From NCBI GenBank assembly GCA_965215885.1, contig CBDCEW010000019.1, forward strand, positions 1 through 50,462: a stretch of 50,462 nt of DNA, read 5' to 3'. Every line of letters begins with the position of its first letter. Positions within the stretch are counted from its first letter, which is position 1. Origin of the DNA: Candidatus Moanibacter sp. (GTDB lineage: Bacteria; Verrucomicrobiota; Verrucomicrobiia; Opitutales; UBA2987). Under the pieces are notes generated by a model, which was given only the letters and a program-made list of their open reading frames with translations, did not search any database and was not told the origin of the DNA. The translations under genes were made by a program, and so were the position numbers. Below are positions 27,127 to 36,256 of this stretch, piece after piece.

Positions 27127-29500
27127 CAGAACTCGCTATCATGCGGGTTGGCGGGCAGGGGGCAATCGCAGATACAATTCCCGGCTTTTAAGAGCTAAAG
27201 AAAACGGTAGGCTTCATCTTCGAACCATCAAATTCGAAGAAAAATGGAGAAACCTACCGTCAAAGAAGAGACCTTCTTACAGTGCATCCTTGGAGTGGAC
27301 AAGGGTAATCCCTCGATCACGGTCTATCGGGATCTGAGCGAAGGCAAACTGCACGTCTATTACGGGCATGAGCTTTTTGAAGTCGTAGAGGACGATCGGG
27401 AGCAAGTTGAATTCAAGCTATTGGTGGGGCGCCTCTACAATGCGGGGTTGAAGAAAGGGCGCTTAGAGAAGCAATTTGAGGTTGACCCCAAAACGATGAA
27501 GCGGTGGGGGGAGGCGCTTCAAAGCGGAGATGCCGAGACCTTAGCGCGAGTGCTGGCGGGACGCAGCGCTCATCGCAAATTGACGAGGGAAATCCGGAGT
27601 TTTGGGCGGGTGCGCTTCGGGCAGATCTATGGGGAGAGTCGGTATGGCTACAGCAAGAAGATACGGGGGGAGATCGAGGAGGTGTTCGGAGTTAACCTCA
27701 GTGGGGAAACTTTGCGCCCTGTCTTTAAGGAGCTTAAAGAGGCCCGGGCAAAGGAGGCCGAAGCCGAGAGGGCGCAAAATCGGGAGACTCCCTGGGATTG
27801 CCCGGAGGACTCGGGGAGGGACGAACAGGAGCAAGAAGCAGAAAATAGCCCCGAAAGCGAAGGGGACAATCGCAAGGAGTCTCCCGATTTTTCGAGGGAG
27901 AGCTCCGAAGCGGTGCAATGGTATCGGCACCTGGGAGTACTTCTGTTCAGTGCCGCGCTCAGAGAAGTCGCTCAGATTGATCGCGAAGAGGGCTGGCTTT
28001 TGAAACAATGGGTGGCTTGCGGGTTGTTGGCCGCGGTCAATATCGAGCAGAGCAAACTGCTCGATCTCGAAGACCTGCAAAAACTCATCGGGCGAGTCCT
28101 GTATACCCCCTATCTGCAACGCCAAAGCCTTAGCGCCCTGGCCGATGAAGGGCTTTTAAGAGAGATCCTCAGAGTGAACGCGAGGGGCCTGAATGCTTCG
28201 GATGAAGAGAGCTTTTATTATGATCCGCACACCAAACATTACACCGGAATGAGCAAGGTGCTGGCGGGATGGTGTCCGGGTATCCGTCTGGCCGACAAAG
28301 CGCTCCACAGCGATTTTATTCATACCCTCAAGGGCTATCCGATCTATTTTGCGAGTACCGACAACTATGAGGATATAAGGGAACGGTTCATCCCCAACTG
28401 CGAAGCGATGCTCGAGCTGGTGCAGTTGCCGGCTGATAAGAAGGTGAGCATTTACGTGGACCGGGCGATCGCCGCGGAGTGGTTTTACGAAGCCATCGTG
28501 GAGCACCCTCAACTCGAAATCATTACCTGGGAAAAAGGTTACAAGGCCAGCGCCCAGCCCCTCCAACGGATCGACGGGCAGTTGCGCCTGCAGCGCGCGC
28601 GCAACCATGCCGAAGATCTCCAGGAGTATCATCTTCGCTATCAGCGGGGCCCCTGGAAGAAAAATCCTCAACTGGTGCAGTGGATCGTGGAGGCGACCAA
28701 TCCAAAAAATCGAACCATTACCGTGAGCATCCTGGCGACCGATCAGCAGGCCCGAAATGAAGAGGTAATCAAAGGGATGTTCAGTCGCTGGATTCAGGAG
28801 AATGACTTCAAATACCTCGATAAGCACTTTGGGATTAATCAGATCACCTCTTATCGCACCGTCCACTACAAGCGATTAGCCCAACACCTTGAGGACAAGC
28901 AGGAGAAAAGCGGTGCCGCCAAAGCCCTCCTGAAGCAAAAACAGCAATGCACCGAAGAATTGAAAAGACTGCTCCTGGCCGAGCATGCCCACCCGGGCAA
29001 AAGCGCCTCAAGGGGCGAAAAGATCCGTCGACTCGATCAGGCCCTCAAAGCCCTCCAACTCGAACTGGAGCAAATCGACACCGAATGCTCGAGGCTGCAG
29101 CGCCTCATTGATGAAAACTATGTCCGCCTGGACACCGCTAACAAGTCCCTCATGGATGCCTTGAAAATCTTCGCCCGTAACAGCTTCTACAAGCAGCTCG
29201 AACCCTTTAAAGCTCGCTACAACAACTATCGTGACGACCACGATCTGTTTCGCAATTTGACTCACAGTGACGGCGTTCTTATAGAGAGGGGCTGTGCGGT
29301 CGAAGCGCATTTATTCCCCACCGCAACTTATCCCCCTCGGGTGCAGGCGGTGGTGCTTGAGTATCTGCAAACTCTCAATGAGAAGCCCTTACTGATGCCC
29401 GACGGTTCAGGCCGAAGAATCATCTTCCGACTGGGCAAAAAATCGGGATTTAAACTTGCGATTGCATAGTGCCTTTAGAGGGGCAATATAGTGAGGTCTG
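27127..29500 (+). mobile_element. Complete 2374-bp insertion sequence with a 5-bp target duplication
   Basis: TIRs CAGAACTCGCTAT (27127-27139) and ATAGTGAGGTCTG (29488-29500) match at 11/13. AAGTT is duplicated at 27122-27126 and 29501-29505. Empty sites are visible in repeat copies A and C. Confidence 0.9.
27244..29469 (+). CDS. Large DDE transposase (IS4-superfamily-like, family unassigned)
   Basis: 741 aa; candidate triad in FYYDPH, YVDRA and RWIQENDFK (YREK-like); fills the element between the TIRs. Confidence 0.82.
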   Translation: MEKPTVKEETFLQCILGVDKGNPSITVYRDLSEGKLHVYYGHELFEVVEDDREQVEFKLLVGRLYNAGLKKGRLEKQFEVDPKTMKRWGEALQSGDAETLARVLAGRSAHRKLTREIRSFGRVRFGQIYGESRYGYSKKIRGEIEEVFGVNLSGETLRPVFKELKEARAKEAEAERAQNRETPWDCPEDSGRDEQEQEAENSPESEGDNRKESPDFSRESSEAVQWYRHLGVLLFSAALREVAQIDREEGWLLKQWVACGLLAAVNIEQSKLLDLEDLQKLIGRVLYTPYLQRQSLSALADEGLLREILRVNARGLNASDEESFYYDPHTKHYTGMSKVLAGWCPGIRLADKALHSDFIHTLKGYPIYFASTDNYEDIRERFIPNCEAMLELVQLPADKKVSIYVDRAIAAEWFYEAIVEHPQLEIITWEKGYKASAQPLQRIDGQLRLQRARNHAEDLQEYHLRYQRGPWKKNPQLVQWIVEATNPKNRTITVSILATDQQARNEEVIKGMFSRWIQENDFKYLDKHFGINQITSYRTVHYKRLAQHLEDKQEKSGAAKALLKQKQQCTEELKRLLLAEHAHPGKSASRGEKIRRLDQALKALQLELEQIDTECSRLQRLIDENYVRLDTANKSLMDALKIFARNSFYKQLEPFKARYNNYRDDHDLFRNLTHSDGVLIERGCAVEAHLFPTATYPPRVQAVVLEYLQTLNEKPLLMPDGSGRRIIFRLGKKSGFKLAIA

Positions 29501-29981
29501 AAGTTGACGCTCGATCAAAGTGAATCGGAGAGTGCTAGGAGTGATTTCTCGGATAGATCGTTCCATAAAGATCGCTGCGCTCCGAGGACGAGGAGGAGAG
29601 GACGAGGACGAGGACGACATTTGCCGTTTTCGCTATTGAAACGCCTGAAAGTATCGCCCGCAAAGCCGCTCTGCCGTACGGCAGAGAAGTTTCAAGTCAG
29701 TGCGGCCCCCGGCGGGCAGCGGGTTCGACAGGCTCACCACAGGCCGGATCAAACGGATGTGAAACTTTCGGCAGTGTCTCCCGCCACCCGAGACCTCCTC
29801 CTCGTCCTCATTCCTCGTTCTCGTCCTCGATTCCTCGCTCACACTTCAGAACGTCTTGCTATGATATCGCGTCGCTCCGAGGACGATAACTTCGTCGGCA
29901 CTGCGATCCGGTCGAAAGTTGCTGCTCTGCGATAACGTTAGCCAATCGCCCGGAAACCCGCATGAGCATTGAAGTTTCAGG

Positions 29982-30776
29982 CTAAAGACGCTGGAGGGTG
30001 GTGCCGCCGTCGACGAGAATGACTTGACCGGTGGAGTAGGGAAAATCGCCTCGGGCGAGAGCCGCCGCCGCTTTACCGACGTCTTCGGGGAAAGCCCAGC
30101 GTTTCTGGACGGTGAGTCCATCCGCAATGAGCTTATCGTACTTTTCGCGAACGGCGGGCGCGGCTGTCATGTCCGTGTGCGTGACGCCCGGTCTTATTTC
30201 GTAAACCGGTATATCGAATTCGCCGAGGCGGGCGGCGAAGAGCTGCGTGGCCATGCTGAGACCGGCCTTTGCAACACAATATTCACCCCGATTGACTGAG
30301 ACGACGGTAGCGGAGATAGAAGTGACATTAATGATACTGGCCTGAAAGTGGGGGTCCTTTGCTTTCTGTTCCACCATCCAGTTTGCCGAAGCCTGGGTAA
30401 GAAAGTAGGCGCCTTTGAGGTTTACGTTGAGGACGCTGTCGAAACTCTCTTCACTCGCCTCGAGTATGTCCTTACGCTCTCGAGGCGCTATCGCGGCGTT
30501 ATTTATCAGGACGTTTAACTTGCCGAAATGGTCTCTGACACTCTCCAGGATTACCCCTCTGTCTTCAGGAGAACCGATGTCGCCCCGACAGTAAATCACA
30601 TCGACGCCAAGTGATCGCAGTTCATCCAATGCATCCGCAATCTTCTCATCCGACCGGACGCCATTGACGCCCAGATTATATCCTTCACGGGCCAGGCTAC
30701 AGGCGCAGCCAAACCCGATACCTCGAGTGCCACCGGTGATAAGGGCGACGGGACGCTGACAGTTGTTATTCGACAT
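29982..30776 (-). CDS. Short-chain dehydrogenase/reductase (3-ketoacyl-ACP reductase-like, likely sugar oxidoreductase)
   Basis: TGGTRGIG, NNAA, YCVAK (YxxxK), VDGG. Confidence 0.92.
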   Translation of the reverse strand: MSNNNCQRPVALITGGTRGIGFGCACSLAREGYNLGVNGVRSDEKIADALDELRSLGVDVIYCRGDIGSPEDRGVILESVRDHFGKLNVLINNAAIAPRERKDILEASEESFDSVLNVNLKGAYFLTQASANWMVEQKAKDPHFQASIINVTSISATVVSVNRGEYCVAKAGLSMATQLFAARLGEFDIPVYEIRPGVTHTDMTAAPAVREKYDKLIADGLTVQKRWAFPEDVGKAAAALARGDFPYSTGQVILVDGGTTLQRL

Positions 30777-30845
30777 TCGATAATGGGAAATTGTTAATGG
30801 GCCCTGCTCTTTGCGGTCTTATATCGAGTATAAGTTTCGGCTGGT

Positions 30846-31991
30846 CTACAATTCTCCTACTCTGACCCAAGAGCGCCTCTTCCAGCTTTCGAGTCCCAGC
30901 TCGGCCAGTTGGACCCCCTTGGCACCTTCTTTCAGGTTCCAGGGAAAGGGATCGTCTCGCACTACATGTTTGAGGAAGAGTTCCCATTGCGCTTTAAAAG
31001 CATTCTGATAGGCCTCCTGAGCGGAGTACCTGTTCCAACTGTCAATAAACTTGATGGGCTGTTCGATATCGGGATTCCACACCGGTCTGGGGGTATTCTC
31101 GTAATTCTGTACCCAACACTCTCGAAGCCCCACCACGGCGGATCCTTTCGTTCCATCAACGTGAATGGTGAGGAGATCGTCCCGGCGAACACGAGTGACC
31201 CAGGAAGAGTTGAATTGTGCGATTACCTCCCCCTCCAACTCAAAAGTCGCATAGGCGGCATCATCGGCGGTGCAGAGGTAAGGTTTGCCGTCTTCATCGA
31301 TACGTTCCGGAATGTGCGTAACCCCACAGCAGGAGACAGCCTCAACAGCGCCGAAAAGACTATCGAATACATATCGCCAGTGGCAAAGCATATCCATAGT
31401 AATTCCGCCTCCATCTTCGCTTCGATAGTTCCATGAGGGGCGCTGGGACGGTATGCTGTGGCCCTCGAATACCCAGTAGCCGAATTCGCCTCTTATCGCG
31501 AGCAGCCGGCCAAAAAAACCGTCATCAATGAGACACTTCAATTTAAGAAGACCCGGAAGCCAGAGCTTATCCTGGACCACGCCGTTCTTTAGTCCGGCCT
31601 TTTCACAGAGGGTAAAGAGTTCCATGGCCGTTGCCGTGTCAGTTGCGGTAGGTTTCTCACAATAGATGTGTTTTCCGGCGGCAACAGCCTTTCGAACAGA
31701 TTCGGCGCGCAACAACGTCGTTTGGGCATCAAAGTAAATGGTAGCATAACCATCCGCCAGCGCTTCATCGAGATCCGTAGTCGTCTTTTCAATCCCCGAC
31801 ATGTCGCTCAATTTGGCGAGTTTATCTGGATTTCGCCCGACGAGAATTGGGTCGGGCATGATAGTCTCATCGTCGCTTAACACAACGCCGCCTTGTCTAA
31901 TGATTTCCACGATGGAGCGCATCAGGTGCTGATTCGTCCCCATGCGTCCGGTGACGCCGTTCATGATGATTCCAATTCTCGTCGTCTTCAT
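30846..31991 (-). CDS. Gfo/Idh/MocA family oxidoreductase
   Basis: IIMNGVTGRMG, KHIYCEKP, GGGITMDMLCHW. Confidence 0.92.
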   Translation of the reverse strand: MKTTRIGIIMNGVTGRMGTNQHLMRSIVEIIRQGGVVLSDDETIMPDPILVGRNPDKLAKLSDMSGIEKTTTDLDEALADGYATIYFDAQTTLLRAESVRKAVAAGKHIYCEKPTATDTATAMELFTLCEKAGLKNGVVQDKLWLPGLLKLKCLIDDGFFGRLLAIRGEFGYWVFEGHSIPSQRPSWNYRSEDGGGITMDMLCHWRYVFDSLFGAVEAVSCCGVTHIPERIDEDGKPYLCTADDAAYATFELEGEVIAQFNSSWVTRVRRDDLLTIHVDGTKGSAVVGLRECWVQNYENTPRPVWNPDIEQPIKFIDSWNRYSAQEAYQNAFKAQWELFLKHVVRDDPFPWNLKEGAKGVQLAELGLESWKRRSWVRVGEL

Positions 31992-32207
31992 TTTCTTAAT
32001 TGGACATTCAAGCAATTGTTATAAATCACGTCAACGCAGAGGGAAGGGTCGATTAGCAAAATGATCTACAGGGGTGGAAACTCCCGCGTTCTTGCGAACG
32101 CGGCTACAACGTTCCGTAGGTCGTAGATGTTTATAGCCGTCCTGCTCAGCGGGAGGAGAAAGTGGTCGTGGTGTTCGATACAACGACTTTATCGCCAGAA
32201 TCGTCAT

Positions 32208-33596
32208 TTAGACCGGTGAAGGCGCCCCCCCAAAAAACGTATAGTAGGGTTCGTCTCGAATGACTCGTTGAAGATAAAGGGCCGCTTCGCGGGCATGATA
32301 GTCTCCCCACATGCTCGCCTCCCCGTTTGGTATCACACTCCCTTCCGGGATATGGTCCCAACCATTCGGACGGTGATAAATGGAATGCAGAATCAGGCCG
32401 TGATGGTCGAGGTTGGAGCTGAGATATGGTTGATCAAAGAGGTTGCACAGCACGGTAAGGCCTGCACACCAGTATCGATCGGCGTCTTTTTCGTCCCGGT
32501 TCTTTAGAAAGCGGCCGAGGCGCAGCAATCCCTGGACACCAATGGCGGCCGCGGAACTGTCGATTGGTTCAAACTCGTTGAACGGATTGGAGGGCCGGCG
32601 GAGACAGTCCTCCATTTTGGATATGCCTGGAGCTCCGGTATCCCAAAAGGGAATTCCATCTGTGGGCGAATACTCGATATAGAAGTCGCAGGTCGCTCGA
32701 GCCGCTCGAAGCATAAACGATTCGATCTCGGTCCTCCCTCCAAAGTCCTCCAGTTCACCGTCGGATACAGTTTCAAAAAACTCCAGCTCTTCCGCGAATC
32801 CAAGCATCGCCCAGGCAAGTCCACGGGTCCAGGTCGTGTATCCGGAATAGCCCTGTTGCGCGTTGGGGCAGCGGTAGTTTCCGTCCTTCGTATTAAAAAC
32901 ACTTTCATGGGCGGTCCGGCCCCATACATCGTAACTGTCGCGACCATCTCCGTAATAGATGGAGTACCGGGCGGTGGCGCGAGCATGGAGGAGGGCGCGT
33001 TCCAGAAGGTTGTGGCTTTTGTCGTTTTCCCCCATGAGCGTGTGTCCCAACCGATGACTCAGGACGAGCGCGCGCAGGGTACGGATCGTATCCACGAAGA
33101 GGGAATGCGGACCGTTGAAAGAATGGATGAATCCTCCATCGGAAAGAGGCGTCCAGCGGGCCGCTTGCACTGCCCCGGAAGCCTTGAGCGCCAGCTCATT
33201 GAAATCCCTCTCCCATTCATTTGCGGGGATTTTACCCTCGCGCTGAAGCCTCAGTAAACTTCCATAGGTGCTGACATTATTGAAGCCGTGATCGTGCACA
33301 CCGATGTGGCTCACATGGGGCGCCATCAGCTCCACAGTCTTGTTCCGCCCGATATTCAGAAACTCTTCGTCACCGGTAGCATCGAATTGGAGGAGAGCCG
33401 ATCCATATTGAAATCCCTGCGTCCATTCCGTCCAACCCCGAGTGGTATACTTTCCCGCTACGGTGTAGACGGGCGAGCCTTGCGCGGTGTCGTATTCCCT
33501 TTCAATAAGTCTGATCTTCTCCCCGGATAGCGCCCAGAAGTGCTCCAACCTGGATGTCAGGTTCTCAGGTCTGAGGTCATTTCGGATGTCTATCAT
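32208..33596 (-). CDS. Glycoside hydrolase, GH88/unsaturated glucuronyl hydrolase-like
   Basis: WTEWTQGF, HDHGF, TWTRGLAWAMLGF, DSSAAAI and WGDY motifs of an (alpha/alpha)6 GH88-like fold; ATG at 33596 chosen. Confidence 0.78.
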   Translation of the reverse strand: MIDIRNDLRPENLTSRLEHFWALSGEKIRLIEREYDTAQGSPVYTVAGKYTTRGWTEWTQGFQYGSALLQFDATGDEEFLNIGRNKTVELMAPHVSHIGVHDHGFNNVSTYGSLLRLQREGKIPANEWERDFNELALKASGAVQAARWTPLSDGGFIHSFNGPHSLFVDTIRTLRALVLSHRLGHTLMGENDKSHNLLERALLHARATARYSIYYGDGRDSYDVWGRTAHESVFNTKDGNYRCPNAQQGYSGYTTWTRGLAWAMLGFAEELEFFETVSDGELEDFGGRTEIESFMLRAARATCDFYIEYSPTDGIPFWDTGAPGISKMEDCLRRPSNPFNEFEPIDSSAAAIGVQGLLRLGRFLKNRDEKDADRYWCAGLTVLCNLFDQPYLSSNLDHHGLILHSIYHRPNGWDHIPEGSVIPNGEASMWGDYHAREAALYLQRVIRDEPYYTFFGGAPSPV

Positions 33597-33674
33597 AGAG
33601 AGAGATTCACCTTCCTTACTATGGTGCTTGTGTAGCGTGATGGCCGACGGCAAAGTTCGATCTTTGTATGTCAG

Positions 33675-34637
33675 CTACTCAAACACCTCCGGGTTAACGG
33701 CATGCCTGGGTCTTCCTCCGTTAAGGATGGCAGCCATATCCTCAGCCATCTGTCTAAAAATCCTCGACATTCCGCGTTTCGTCATTCCGAGCGCATGCGG
33801 GGAAGTCAGGCAGTTTTCGCGCGCGAAGATAGGGTGGCTTACATCCGGAGGTTCCGGGGCGAAGACATCGAGTCCGACAGCCGCCAATCGGTTCTCGTCG
33901 AGAGCATCCTCGAGAACATCCAGACTTTCGATAAGCTCGCCCCGTGCCAGATTAAGGAGAATGGCGCCGCGTTTTACGAGTTGCAGGCTCTTCCGGTTGA
34001 TAAGTCCGCGCGTCTCTTCGTTGAGGATCGCGTGGAGGCAAATGTAATTGGCCTCTCTCATTAAGGCGTCAAATCCGGTCAGTTCTACTCCGAGAGATTC
34101 AGCTCGTTTCACATCGACGTAGGGGTCGTAGGCGAGCATACGCATTCTGAATGGTTGAGCCAGCTCCGCCAGGATCTGGCCAATGCTCCCGAAACCGACG
34201 ATCCCCAGAGTTGCGCCGTCCATATCCATGGTAGAGAAATTGTTTCGGCTCGACCAGTTTCCCGACTTCAGCTGCCTGTCCCAGTAGACAACCCGTTTAC
34301 ACGCAGCGAGAAGCAGGGCGATGGACGCTTCCGCTACAACTCGGGCGTTGGCGCCCGGCGTGAAAACTACGGGTATCTTCCTTTCCGTGGCCGCTTCAAT
34401 GTCGATATTGTTGTAGCCTACTCCCGTCCTACCGATCACTTTCAATGGCTTTGCCCGCTCGATAATTTTGCGACTGGCAACACCCTCTCCTCGCACAACC
34501 AATGCTATGGCATCGTCAACGAGAGGCAGAAGCGATTCCTCTCTACCGTCCGGTGCGACGACGATTCTGCCGAAGGGAGCGAGAATTTCGCTGGCTGCCT
34601 GGCCAAACGTTCCTGTTGCGACGATGGTTGGATGCAC
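33675..34637 (-). CDS. D-isomer-specific 2-hydroxyacid dehydrogenase (SerA-like)
   Basis: RTGVGYNNID, GIVGFGSIG, NLARGELI, GLDVFAPEPP, SPH. GTG at 34637 inferred as start because the longer ORF overlaps the divergent gene. Confidence 0.9.
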   Translation of the reverse strand: MHPTIVATGTFGQAASEILAPFGRIVVAPDGREESLLPLVDDAIALVVRGEGVASRKIIERAKPLKVIGRTGVGYNNIDIEAATERKIPVVFTPGANARVVAEASIALLLAACKRVVYWDRQLKSGNWSSRNNFSTMDMDGATLGIVGFGSIGQILAELAQPFRMRMLAYDPYVDVKRAESLGVELTGFDALMREANYICLHAILNEETRGLINRKSLQLVKRGAILLNLARGELIESLDVLEDALDENRLAAVGLDVFAPEPPDVSHPIFARENCLTSPHALGMTKRGMSRIFRQMAEDMAAILNGGRPRHAVNPEVFE

Positions 34638-34778
34638 AGCCCGAGACTTGAAATAAAACCTTGAGCGACTCAAGCTTGAATGTATCGGCGGATTCTTTTC
34701 AGCAACCTCCTTAATGTCGGGGATTGTCAGATTTGCTCGGGCCGAAGTTATCTCTCTTCCGAAAACGGCCTCAAAAAG

Positions 34779-35991
34779 ATGAAATGTAGATCCTGTCACA
34801 GCGAATCGGTTGAGCTGATCGTTTCTCTTGGTGAGACGACGATTGCCGATCGACTGCTTACTGAGGATCAATTGAAGGAAGTTGAGCCAAAGGCGCCCCT
34901 CGATCTTTTCTTTTGTGGCAAGTGCGCTCTGGTTCAAATCGAACACACCATAGCTCCTGATGAGATTTTTGATGAACGCTATCCTTATTTCTCATCGGTG
35001 ATACCCGCGCTCGTTGAACATGCTCGAGTGAATGTGAAGGAGCTTATAAGAAGCAGGAATTTGAATTGCGGCAGTTTCGTTTTGGAAATCGGTAGTAACG
35101 ACGGCTACCTTTTGAGACACTTTGTCGAAGATGGTATCGAGGTTCTCGGTATCGATCCCTGTCAAGGCCCAGCGGGTGAAGCTGTGCGGTCGGGAGTGCC
35201 CACACGCGTCAATTTCTTCGACCGAGAACTGGCGGCGAGATTAGTGCAGGAAGGGAAGCGTGCGGATGTTGTGATCGCAAACAATGTTCTGGCCCACGTG
35301 CCCGATTTGAACGGATTTGTTGAGGGGATCAAGCTGATCATGAAACCCGAAGGTGTCGTCGTAATTGAGGTGCCGCATGGTGCCGCTGATAGAAAATTGC
35401 GAGTTCGATACTATCTATCATCAACATCTCTGCTACTTCTCCGTGACTTCGCTGGAGGTGCTTTTTAGCCGGTTCGGCTTATATCTCCATGAGGTAAAGG
35501 AAATTCGAATTCACGGAGGTTCCCTGCGTCTATATTTGCAGCAAAAGGGACAAATGGGGACCTCGGTAGAGGAGCTTCTGAAGCGGGAACGGGAGTTTGG
35601 GGTTGACCGTTTTGACTATTATGAAGACTTCTCACAGACGGTTGAGAATCAGAAGCAAGCGCTTCTATTCCTTCTCAATGAACTTAAGCGAAAAGGAAAG
35701 CGTATTGCCGGATATGGAGCGGCTGCCAAAGGAAGTGTTCGCATGTCCTGTTGCGGCATCGATCGAAAGCATCTCGACTATATTGTGGACATCAGCCCGT
35801 TCAAACAAGGGCTCTTCATGAATGGTAATCACTTGCCCATTTATGCACCACAGAAGCTTCTCGAGGATATGCCCGATTATCTTCTGTTGTTCCCCTGGAA
35901 TTTCGCCGATGAAATTCTAGGTCAACAGAAGAAGTACCGAGAAATGGGAGGAAGGTTTATAATTCCTGTTCCCGAACCGGTCATCATCTAG
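34779..35991 (+). pseudogene. Class I SAM-dependent C-methyltransferase (NDP-hexose C-methyltransferase-like), frameshifted at ~35379
   Basis: CxxC...CxxC zinc site, LEIGSNDG, NNVLAHVPD and IEVPH in one frame; [27 protein letters not shown] and PWNFADEI in the next frame. Confidence 0.85.
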
Positions 35992-36249
35992 GAATCTGTC
36001 GGAGTTAGCTTTCGGAATTCGCGGAAACAATCCATCTTCCTGATGTGATTGTGCACCGCGGCGGATTCCACCACCGACATATTCCTAACGTACAAAAGCG
36101 CTTCTTCGCCCAGGAATCTGTCGGTCTTTGACTCCGAGAGGAAGAATGCGAGCTCATAGGCCCAGGAATCCACCGTTCCCGCTGAGCGGAACGAGGCCGG
36201 ATGGCTGGATTGCTTCGTCGCTCTTCCTCGCAATGACAGCTCAGCGGGA
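35989..36249. repeat. Cluster of MITE-like and REP-like repeats after the methyltransferase stop
   Basis: TAGGAATCTGTCGG..CCGACATATTCCTA (35989-36087), another AGGAATCTGTCGG at ~36113, micro-palindrome 36177-36191, REP-like unit 36205-36238. Confidence 0.75.
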
Positions 36250-36256
36250 CTAGGTA

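Larger units (their letters stand above)
26994..29980 (-). repeat. Tandem modular repeat copies B1 (29742-29980) and B2 (26994-29695, interrupted by an IS)
   Basis: Reverse-complement similarity to copies A and C; the B2 core is split at AAGTT by the 27127-29500 element. Confidence 0.85.

Noticed and set aside
29570..29625. CRISPR-like or coding microsatellite in the (GACGAG)n tracts
   Set aside because: Hexamer tracts are arms of the modular repeat; no regularly spaced 23-47-bp repeats with unique spacers and no cas genes.
34638..34946. N-terminal 103-aa extension of the hydroxyacid dehydrogenase ORF
   Set aside because: Overlaps the divergent methyltransferase; family similarity begins at about VHPTIV (34637).
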